A DNA stretch of 62,494 bases from Convolutriloba macropyga (taxonomy: Eukaryota). Within the stretch, counting starts at the first letter, position 1. Each line of letters starts with the position of its first letter. A program made the translations under genes and the position numbers. Under the pieces are notes generated by a model. It was not told where the DNA came from. It worked only from the letters and a program-made list of their open reading frames with translations, and made no database searches. This document shows positions 51,501 to 61,978 of the stretch, one piece after another. The stretch covers positions 72,231,507-72,294,000 of the forward strand of contig NC_134474.1 in assembly GCF_964194025.1 (NCBI RefSeq), given 5' to 3'.

Positions 51501-52779
51501 CTCGTTCAGCGTAAAAAACGCGATTAAAAAGATTTTTGGACTTTTGTTTTTTACGGGGAGTTATCGAGGCTTCAACTTTTGAGAAAAGTAGAGTGATTTC
51601 CATTGTTTTTATTCAGATTTTCCGTAATTTTTGACCATTTTTTCTAAAACTTTTTAATATTTTTAAAAACAATGTTATTGGTTTTACGGTTAAGGATAGA
51701 GAAGGCTCGCCAATTCGTTTTATTCGAGTTTTTTAGTTAATTTTTCTGCTAAATTTTTTGAACTTGATTCTTTTTTAATCAAATTAGGCTCCAAATAAGA
51801 TTTGTTTCCCACTTCGTTTAAATTTGCAGGAAGTAGAGACCTAACATCTGCTACTACAATCTTTGAAAACTCAAAAAAAGATAGCTGTACATTCGTTTCC
51901 CATAGGAAACTTCTGCAATTAAACTTCTGCAATTAAACTTCTGCCGGTTTTTCGAAAAAAACCTAAAAATTATAAAGTTCATGATTCATTTGTGGTTTAT
52001 TGAAATATTTAAATTGCTAATTGATCTATTTGCATTTATATTGAATAATTAATTGTTTTTAATGAAGGCTGAGAAAAATCAGCTCTAGGTTTGAACTCAT
52101 CACGGACTCTTACAATCAATAATTATTCGGATTATATTAGGTTGCGATCTTTCTGAAAACTTTTTTGCGGTTTTGTTTTTATTATGTTGATTACTGACAT
52201 GAATTAATTCAAATCACGGCGCAATCAATGACAAACCCTATTTACAACAAAATAGGTCCATATGAAAATATATTTCGTCTTCAGAGAAAAATCACATTCT
52301 TTATGGCTTTGACAATGTATTCTCTTTAAGCTTAAATCATTTGTTTTTGTTTTGGATTCATTTTTCTTTTTTTTCGCAGTGGTATGACTACCTTTTTTAA
52401 TTAAAGATTCAATTGGGTTTTGAGAGAGCTGCAGGTGAGCCTGTAGTTGTTACCTAATGCCTCTTATGAATTTGAATATAATTATATGTAGGAAATGTTA
52501 GCGAAGTTTTGAAATTTGTCCGTTTTTAAATTTATATATGTCCACATGTAACTTATAAAGGGCAAAATTAATTGGAAGTGAAGGAAACAATACTATTTTT
52601 TAGTGGTTCTATATTCAAGTAATGTTTTTTTGGCTTTCTTAATGCGAAATTTCTTAAAACTTTTGTAAGTTTTTGCATACTTTCCTGTGTTTGAGGTAGT
52701 TATTGATTCCTTTTTCAACAAATCATTTTAAGTATGTTTCCAATTAGCATTGAAACAGTGCTTAAAATAAACATTTTTA

Positions 52780-53200
52780 ATGACTTCTGTGAATAGCTGA
52801 TAGTTTTAACGACTGCAAAGCCGTTCTTTCACAAAAATCTTTGGATTTTTGTCTGCCTGTAATTGTGGTTCTTTTCGTTTTCGTACGGCATATTCCTGTC
52901 AATCAAAAGCCCTAATTGCTCCTATAGATGTTTAAAGGAATCTATTTACTGATTCCGGATTAGAGCTAAAATTTCAATTTTAAGCAAATAATTTTGTTGT
53001 TCCCAATTCATTAAAAATAGTTCCAACTGGAATGCGTAAATGAACCTGCTTGAAGGCTTCAGTGAACAGCCTATAGTTTTAACGGCTGCGCAACCGTGCT
53101 CTCCCAAAATTTTTTAGATTTTGTTGTTTTGTTGTAAATGTCGTTCTTTTTGTTGCTGTTTGGCTTATTTATAACAATCATAGGCCTTCATTCCCTTCAC
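52780..53200. repeat. Diverged direct repeat, period ~274 bp
   Basis: CTTC.GTGAA.AGC..ATAGTTTTAACG.CTGC..A.CCGT.CT..C.CAAAA at ~52784 and ~53058. Confidence 0.55.
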
Positions 53201-55030
53201 TTTTGTTTAAATGATTTTTTTCTGAGTTCAGTTTATGGCCAATGGTTTTAAAGACTTTCATTTAGTTGTTTTTAAAGAAAACATTTTTGTTATTCAATTT
53301 CTTGTTTTTTTGTCGTCAACAAGTAATTAAGTCTTATTATTGACAAAGCTCACCAATTTTCTGTTGCTCTGATCTGTCTTTTTGCTGTTGAGTATGCTTT
53401 GACAGATGTCTATAGAGCTTAGAAATGTGTTTTAACAAGATTTTTGTGTTTTCGTTAGTAATCATTATTTGTGATTCTTTTTCTCGTCTTTTCCACAAAG
53501 ACCCTTTACCTAGAAGACCCAGATAAAATCAAAAGGGAGCAAAGCAAAACGTTTAATTGTTTTCGTTAGTTTAAAGTACTTGCTGTTTTTTAATGTATTA
53601 TAGATATAATGCTTTCAACACTGTTTTTTCGATAAATTGCTTGTGCAATTTGAGTTCTGTTCTCATTCGCTGTTTCTGTCGTCCTATAATTTAGTCTCAA
53701 AAATAACAAGCACAACTCGATTCCTGAGGAGTTGCTAATTGGTCTGTTTTTGTTTTAAGGTGAAAGCTTATGGCTTGTTTGAACTCTTGAAAATATTTCT
53801 TTTAAGAGAAAATCAGTGGATTTTTGAGTTTTATCACTTTTATATAATTTCTTTCAATTTTGTAGGTTGATCTCTGTAACAACAGGTCGCATTCTCTCTC
53901 TCCCGTAAGCTAAAATCTAATCTTTATAATTGTTTGATTTTAAACTAATGGTTTCTTGGCTTGGGTACTACGCATTTTCATAAGAAAAGTATGATTTTTG
54001 GATATTTGCTCATTCTGAGTTTTTTTCCTTTTCACTTTATCACACTAATTGGGTGGCCCAGTGTCCGTTGAAAACGTTTAGAATTAACGGAGTCTTCTCC
54101 TTGAAGAGCCTGTGGTTTCAACGTTTGCTGCACCGTGTTCTTGTTAAGTTCAATTGTTTTTTGTTTCGTTTTTGCTGTTATTTTTGCAGTCGTCCGATAT
54201 ATTACGGAAAACGACAAGTGTCAATTGCTTCCTATGACTTATAAATTAGCCTTCCTAATGAGCTGATTCTATACCAAGTGGTTTCAATCAATTTGAAATT
54301 GGTTGTTTTCAAAAAGAGAAACGTGCTTTTGTACTTTTTCCTTTTTGCTCTTCTCTGTCGGCCTGTCACCGAGTTGCATTTTTGAGAAGTCTTATATATC
54401 CAATGAACATCCAATGAAGTACAAGTTGATTTGTTGCAGCGTTGATTTTTGAATTAATTATTTGTTGAAAGATATGTGATTTTTTGAACCTTTTCTTTCT
54501 CTTCCTCATTTGGCAGACTATTAAATCAAAACGTGGATGGGCGGGCTTGGAACATCATGTGGAAACGCACATTACCGGGCTTCCTTGTATCTAATCTAAA
54601 TTAAAAGAACATTATTTGCCCAAAAATGAGATAGGAACATAATCGGATTGAATGAGATATTCACTAGCATGTCAAATTGCTGCCCGGAAAAATATCTCAA
54701 TGAAAGAAGAATTTCATAACAGGACAAAAACTTGAGATAATAGCAGCAGCCATCATTACACATTATAGTTAGGTAAATTTTCACTTGCTCAATTTTCTAC
54801 CTATTACGGATATGCGTCTCTTGGCAAAGATTGGATAGTTAAATTTGACAACAAAATAGAAAAATAGAATATTTCCTTGTTGTCGTTGAAGATAACCTAT
54901 TCCGGAAAATGATATTTATTTGGCTTAGTTTTCTATCCACGTTTCTTGATATTTGACATGCTGCTTGAATTGCGCGTTCCATTTGTTAAAAAAACAAATT
55001 GTTGTACTCCAGGGACCTAAGGCCATCACA

Positions 55031-55151
55031 AGTAGTGGATAAAACAAGGGATTCAACCACCAGTAAAATTTGTCCCTTTCTAACGCTAATCGCGCATGTC
55101 GAATCGGGCCAAATTTTACTGTTTGTTGAATCCCTTGTTTTATCCACTACT
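55031..55151. mobile_element. 121-bp fold-back element with 46-bp arms and AGTAGT...ACTACT termini
   Basis: 55031-55076 matches the reverse complement of 55106-55151 at 43/46 positions; 29-nt loop; no clear TSD. Confidence 0.8.
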
Positions 55152-55747
55152 ATATTCACCACTAAAAATACATACTACACGCACAATTTTGTGTACAAAA
55201 ATGTACATAGCTAGAATAATTTATGCAATTCATACACTAATATCCAAAAGTTCTCAAAGCTAGATTTAAGCCTAATTTCATATCTAATATGCCAAACTAT
55301 ACTGAAATAAATCATGTTAATCATCTCACAAAGTTTTTTTTTCAATAGAATCGGATGGATTGAAAATAACTCAAAATTGCTTAGAACTGGATAATAAGAA
55401 ACAAGTTTCTTTAAAATTTTGACTTCAACCAGGAGACGATTGATCTATGATGTTTAACTGAGTGATTCTATGTACCTGGTTACATTTTTGAGCCGAGTCT
55501 TGGGAGGTCTTGTTAAAAGGTTGACTCGCCTTTACCACGCTACGGCAGTACTGCTCGACCTTTCTTAATGGCAACTGTGGGGGAGGGTGCAACTACAGAA
55601 TGCTTGAAAACTTCTAATTTTAATTATTGGACTGACTGAAGTCTAATATTAAGCTGACTGAACAATATTAATGTATCATCTGTAGGGATATCGATATCAA
55701 TATTTATATTAAATATATTTCTGAATAAACAATCACTCATTTATCAT

Positions 55748-56503
55748 TTATGAAAATTGTAGTTCTGTCATGCACCTAGATTGTAGCTGACTATCCTTCT
55801 GAACTTCTGCCAAAAACATTGTTAGGAACTTTTTCCATTCTGAGTAATAGTCTGTTGAGACTAGGATTCTCGGATAGCTTTCACACGCCTGAGAGAAGTT
55901 GATATAACTCTGGATGGTAGAGTGGGAATATACTTTATCGTTCAGTAGTTTTTTGCAGGGAATATCCTTATTGTTTTGTTGATGGTCTTGTTTCACTTTC
56001 CCCCATATGTATCCTCTGTCAGAAATTGTCAGTAGATATAAACGATTCAGTTTTCCCTCCATGTTATTGACTGTGGTGAGATAAGACTCAAATTCACCAA
56101 TATTGAATGAACTCCTGAGTTTATTGTGGAAAGATAAATATTCCTGCACTTTCACTTCAAACTTGTCCAGTGTTTCCTGATGCTGGTAACTTAGTAGGTC
56201 CTTCTTGAACTTGGAGAGGAACAACTGGAAGAGTTCTGTTTTAGTTCGTTTTCCAGTCTCACTTTCTTGTTCGGCGGTGTTGTCGGGTATGCATTTGTTC
56301 TCCTTACAAAATGTAATCATTTGAGTTGTTAAATTAGTCAACTCGTTTATATTTTCTTCAGATAAAGAAGTGGATAATAAAGCTCCAGTTATTAAAGTCT
56401 CGTCAAATGACGAAAATTGTTTGAAATTTTTCGCTAGTTTTTGTAGTGAAGTGAAACTCATGATGAATAGCCAAAAAATTCCGTGGAGAATAAAGGTCCC
56501 CAC
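55748..56503 (-). CDS. Intronless hypothetical protein (~240 aa), probably a Polinton-associated accessory ORF
   Basis: Intact open frame (likely ATG at MSFTSLQK) next to the second Polinton; helical C-terminus RGYIW...SHSTIQSYINF...YPRIL. Membership of the element is not proven. Confidence 0.6.
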   Translation of the reverse strand: MGTFILHGIFWLFIMSFTSLQKLAKNFKQFSSFDETLITGALLSTSLSEENINELTNLTTQMITFCKENKCIPDNTAEQESETGKRTKTELFQLFLSKFKKDLLSYQHQETLDKFEVKVQEYLSFHNKLRSSFNIGEFESYLTTVNNMEGKLNRLYLLTISDRGYIWGKVKQDHQQNNKDIPCKKLLNDKVYSHSTIQSYINFSQACESYPRILVSTDYYSEWKKFLTMFLAEVQKDSQLQSRCMTELQFS

Positions 56504-56946
56504 GTGGAGAATTATTCTAGAACATTCTTTTTTCTAGAATATTCTGACATGATTTTTAAGTTAATATTAGTTGTCATTTCCCGAGTAATTACATGTTTTA
56601 AAGTAAAATAATAATTAAATCCTTCTAATAAATTGAATGATTTGTATAATCTATTCAAAATTAAACAAAGATTTTAATAAATACTCACTTTACTAGCTAA
56701 TTTTTAAGGGTATCCTATATTCGAAATTTTCACTTGTTTTCATTCTGTTAGTGGTGGTGGCTTTCTTTGTCAATGGCGGCGGCCATTTTAGCATGACATG
56801 CACTTTTCATTCGATCTGCTAAGCAGTGTAATGCGATGTTAAACCAAGCTTGTTGACTTCTTATACTATTAGCGGTTGCTAAATACGAAAGAAAGCGAAC
56901 AATAATAGCACAGTCAAAAACACTGAGATTGGTGGAAACACAGTGA

Positions 56947-57276
56947 TTAGTGTTTTTCTATGTCTTCTTGAATATTATACTTATAAACATGCTCTCTGAA
57001 TTGATTTCTAGTGTGACCATATCTATATCTATGAAGATAAATACGTAGTCTACATTTCCTATTTCTAAATATGTATAATGATATATGTTTATAAACATTA
57101 CACATACTACACGTTAGATATTGATCAGGATCAGAATAATGATATCCCAAATGTTCTATATAATCTTTAACCTTAACCATATTTTTAAATACATAACAAG
57201 AATATTCTAATTCTTTACAATTATTACAACATTCTTTCCAAGGTTTATTTATACACTTATCGCATTTCATTTTCAT
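56947..57276 (-). CDS. Small Cys-rich (CxxC) protein of Polinton 2
   Basis: CDKC...CCNNC...CSMC; divergently paired with the polB start 45 bp away. Confidence 0.6.
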   Translation of the reverse strand: MKMKCDKCINKPWKECCNNCKELEYSCYVFKNMVKVKDYIEHLGYHYSDPDQYLTCSMCNVYKHISLYIFRNRKCRLRIYLHRYRYGHTRNQFREHVYKYNIQEDIEKH

Positions 57277-57321
57277 TTTTCGAAAAATTCTTTTTTGATT
57301 ATTTCCCTAAACAAATAGATC

Positions 57322-60300
57322 ATGTCTCAATCAACTAATACTAGTGTCATAAATTTCTGCGATGTCTGTAATCTATCCCTTGAGTCAAAGAAGGCTTTAT
57401 ATAGGCATCAATCATACGATCTCAAACATAAGGAACTATTGGAGAAAATGTTTGAGTCTGAAGAAGAGGAAATCTCGGAGAGGGTGTATAATCCGGATGA
57501 AGATGGTTATATTATTAAAACTAGGGCTAAAACTAAAACAGAAACTAAATCAGAAACTGAAACTGAAACTGAAAACAATATCTATTCTAAGATTAGGTTT
57601 ATATGTAAAGAATGTCATGAAGAATTTAGAAGTAAAGTAGCTCTAACTGCTCATTCATATAGTCACAATCGCATGTATCTAGAAAACACAGAAGACTTCG
57701 ATATAAACTCAAGTCAGAACATGAGAGTTCGAAAAGGAAATATATGAAGGTTATGGTTATGATTTTGAGTTTCTTGGAATAAGAAGTATTCAGTTAAACA
57801 TTGAACCAACTAAAGCATCTATTGGTAGTTATATAGATTTACCTCCTGATCTCAAAAACTCTAAATCGATATTAAATATACGTAGTAATAAATACAAATG
57901 CTTACAACTAACTATAACTGCTTGGCTACATCCCGCCCCACACCATGCAACTCGAGAAAGTAAATATGTAGATAAACTAATTGAACCAAGACAACAACAT
58001 GAAGAAGATTTTGCTTATATAATAAGAATACAGAAATTGTATAATATTAATATTTGGATATACACACCTTGTGGTAATGGTAAAATAGAATTGTTTAAAC
58101 AAGTGGATGATTTTAATAAAGATAGAAAAAATGTAAGAATACTAGTTTGGAGTAATGGTCAAATAGAACACTGTGCCCTAATAAAAAATATAGAAACCTT
58201 GTTAGAACGACCAAATAAAAACAACATTAAATATTATTATTGTGATAGGTGTACCTATTGGTTTAACTCACAAATTAAATATGATAAAGACGAATGCAGC
58301 ACCTCATTCAAAACAGAGATTGTTTGTCCTAAGAAAAAACATATTACTTTTGTAAATGAACACAAACGTCAGAATATAAAAAATATTATAACTGCCGATA
58401 TAGAATGTTGCATTGTTGAAGTCTCAACTAATGATTTAAAATATGTAATAGCTGAACATATTCCAATAGCTGTGGGTTACACCTGGGAGGTACTTTCAAA
58501 CACTACTTCGGTCTAGGCTGCATCAAAAGATTTGCTAGAGATCTATTAGAAATAGAAACTGAGAATAATTTCAAACATAATGAAAAGATGATATTCACAG
58601 AAGAAGATAAATTGTATCATGAAACTAATAACACTTGTCATATCTGCAGTAAAACATGTATTAATAAAGTAAGAGATCATTGTCATGAAACTGGTAAATA
58701 TAGAGGACCGGCATGTAAAATATGTAATCTAAGATACAAACAACAAAACTTCATTCCAGTAATATTCCATAATGGCTCTGGCTATGACTTCAACCTACTA
58801 TACAGTGAACTCTTTAAACAAAATAATGATAAAAGAAAAGTAGATAACATACCACTAGCTGCTGGTAAATCTAAGATGTTTAGCATTGGTTGTCTCAATT
58901 TCTTAGACAGTTTTAACTTCTTAGCTATGCCTCTAGATCAAATGGCAAAGATATACGGATGTATAACTAAAACATTATATCCATATGAATACTTTGGCTC
59001 AGACAGCTACCAAAAAGTTATAGGTAATCTAAAAATAGAAAACTTCAAATCCTCACTACATAATAATTTACCAACACAAGAAGTAGATAACTTTAATAAT
59101 GAAAACAGTCATAAAACTGGAAAAGATCTAACTATAGAGTATTTACAGAATGATGTGGAAATATTAGACTATTGCATGAATGAATATGTTAAAATAAGCA
59201 TGAAAGAATTCAAGCTCAATCCCCTACACTATGTAAGTCTCCCAGGTTATAGTTTTGATTGTTGGTTAATGTCAAGCGGTGTAATATTAGATACATTACA
59301 AGATAAACAAATGCTAGATGATTTTGTTGGAGCAAAGAGAGGTGGTATATGTGGTATAATGGGTGATAGATATATTAACGCTATTGAAAGTAATAGGTCT
59401 ATCTGGTACATAGACGCGAACAACCTATACGGCAATGCAATGATGCGAAAGCTACCTTATAAGGACTTCGAGCGCCGTAACCCATCTCTAGAAGCAATAT
59501 TAAATACTCCAGATGATAGTGATCATGGCTACTATATAGTTTGTGATATTGATTATACTAATAGTTGTAAAGATAGAACAGAGCAACTAGCACTAATGCC
59601 CAATAAGAGAAAGATAAATGATAATGAATTGGGATGCAGAGAAAGAGAGAAAAGTAAAGCAAGAACAGAGAAATTAATCTTAGACCAAAACAACAAAACA
59701 GAATATATGGTTCATTATAGGATGTTAAAGTTCTATGTTAAGATGGGAGTAAAAATAACAAAAATACATTGAGTAATTAAATTTAAACAAGATTATATAT
59801 GTAGCGATTATATTCAAAACAATAAAAATAAAAGAGCAACAGCTAAAACTGAAGCAGAAAAGGATGTGAGGAAATTAATGAACAACTCATTATATGGAAG
59901 AATGTGCATGAATCCTCTACACTTCTTTCAAAGCAAGTTCTTGCATGATGAAGAAAAGATAATGAAAAGTGTAAGTAAACCAACATTTAAGAATATAACT
60001 AGATATAGAGATTATAGCCAAATAGAATATATAAAGAAAAAAATAGAATATGATTCTCCAGTATGTGTAGGTGTTACTATCTTAGAATTAAGTAAATTAC
60101 ACATGTATGATGTGTTCTATAATATTCTACAACCATCCCTCAAAGATCTAACACTTCACTATATGGATACAGACAGTTTCGTATTAGGTTATAGTGAAGG
60201 TAAAGTTAGTGATGAGCATATGGACTTAAGTAATCTAGTCATACCTATAAAAACTAATAATAAAGTCCCCGGTAAGTTTAAGCACGAGCTGGGAAGTAGG

Positions 60301-60756
60301 ATTATTGAGGAATTTATAGCATTGTCCCCCAAAACATATAGCTTCAAAAATTATCCTAAAAACACTAAAGAAAAAGGAATAAAGAAGCATAATAATGCTA
60401 GGCACATAGATTATTATGATGCATTAATGAATAATACACAGAGAACAGTAGATGAATGTAGAATACAAAAAGTTGGCGATAACGTGACAACAACAAAAAC
60501 AAGTAAGATTAGTTTAAATATATTTGATGATAAAAGGTTTTATGTGAATAATATTAAAAGCTATCCTCATGATGAGAATCTATAACTATTCAAAAGAGAT
60601 TTAATAAAAATGATCCGCCAAGCATCAGTGAACCTGCTTCGCAGATCATTAGATGGAGACAAAGACCTACTGGTTAATAATATTCTAGAACTAACCATTA
60701 ATGATGATAGAAAGTTAATTGAAGTTGCTATTATATTATATAATGAGCTTTGTTAA
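57322..60756 (+). pseudogene. polB: Polinton pPolB polyprotein with an endonuclease VII-like domain; disrupted
   Basis: C2H2 fingers; IGSYIDLP; vOTU-like KCLQLTITAWLHP...EHCALIKN; ExoI TADIEC; CHIC...VRDHCHETGKYRGPACKICNL (Endo VII/HNH-like); FHNGSGYDF; YLQNDV; YIDANNLYG; KLMNNSLYG; YMDTDS. Frameshifts at ~57725 and ~58490, premature stops at 59770 and 60583; the frame continues to TAA at 60756. Confidence 0.93.
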
Positions 60757-60772
60757 TTTTTATAACAAATAA

Positions 60773-61093
60773 TTATAGACCTAATTCATTCATTACATCC
60801 ATATGGTTGGTAGTTAGTATATTATAAATCATTATCTGAGCCATATATTTTTCCATAATGTCTCCCATGATTGTATTCTTATATAGTGTAGCTCCAGCTA
60901 TTATATTTTTATTATATTCTAGAAAATTTATTATCTTCTTAGCCCCATCTACATATTTAGAATAAGTTGAAATTATTAAATCATCATGATTTGGTTCCTT
61001 AATATGATCAATAAACTCATCTATAGTATTACAACGTCTTTTACAAGCTAAACATCTGTTTAGATTAAGAGAGAAGCTGTTTTTATTATCCAT
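60773..61093 (-). CDS. Small protein with a C2H2-like zinc finger (Polinton 2)
   Basis: CLACKRRCNTIDEFIDHIKEPNH; intact ORF between polB and the next gene. Confidence 0.6.
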   Translation of the reverse strand: MDNKNSFSLNLNRCLACKRRCNTIDEFIDHIKEPNHDDLIISTYSKYVDGAKKIINFLEYNKNIIAGATLYKNTIMGDIMEKYMAQIMIYNILTTNHMDVMNELGL

Positions 61094-61129
61094 TTTTTAC
61101 TCTTATTATAATTTTTCAATACATATAAA

Positions 61130-61978
61130 ATGACTAAACTAGATAAACTTATAGAATTAAATAATCCAGAAAAACAAAACAGAAGAAATAGATTAGAAGA
61201 AGAATTAAAACAACAAGAATATTATGGTGAAATAGAAGAGTTATTCGATCCTTTAATTAAAACTATCAGTGAAACTACTTCGCAGATAAACGCAAACACT
61301 GAACGGAATCTAGCATTAGGTGAACAAACATTAAGAGCAATAGATTGGCAAAATCAAGAGTTAGACGAACAAACTAAGATGATTGGTGAAACTGCTTCCA
61401 AGATTGGTGAAACGTTAAAGGGGACTCAAGATATAGCACCAGTTTATGTTGATACAAAAACAGCCAAACTTTTTCATGACACTGGGGCTCAAACTAATCC
61501 TCAATTAAAATTAGAACTCGTAGATTTACCTAGTAGGAGATATAAAATGAATGGTGTTGATATAACTCTAGAGCAGGGTGCATTTTTAGTTAGGGATAAT
61601 GTATATGAGTTTTCAGAAGGATTTACTGATTTTCTTACTAAATCAAATGTAACATGTGACGATAAGGTTGAGGAAGATGAAAACAAAATTAAAAGGTTTT
61701 TAAAGGATATTAGATATGATTTAGGAAAAGGGGATAAGAAAAACGCTAGATATAGAACAATAAAACGTATAATGGAGGTAAGAGATGATATATTTGGCAG
61801 GGGATTAAATGGCAACCCAAATAATTTAGTAGAAAGACTAGAATTATTAATACTAGAAACAAAATCTGGTCATGATGGGTTATATGATGAAAAGCTAGAT
61901 ATATCTAAGCAATTATTATCTATGAATATTTTTAATCAAAACCAACTAGATAATTTTGTTTTTAACTATGGTAAATGA
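61130..61978 (+). CDS. Conserved Polinton protein (putative virion core or structural precursor)
   Basis: ELFDPLIK; YEFSEGFTDFLTK; IFGRGL followed by NPNNLVERLELL...SGH, a C-terminal motif typical of Polinton ORFs next to the integrase. Confidence 0.7.
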   Translation: MTKLDKLIELNNPEKQNRRNRLEEELKQQEYYGEIEELFDPLIKTISETTSQINANTERNLALGEQTLRAIDWQNQELDEQTKMIGETASKIGETLKGTQDIAPVYVDTKTAKLFHDTGAQTNPQLKLELVDLPSRRYKMNGVDITLEQGAFLVRDNVYEFSEGFTDFLTKSNVTCDDKVEEDENKIKRFLKDIRYDLGKGDKKNARYRTIKRIMEVRDDIFGRGLNGNPNNLVERLELLILETKSGHDGLYDEKLDISKQLLSMNIFNQNQLDNFVFNYGK

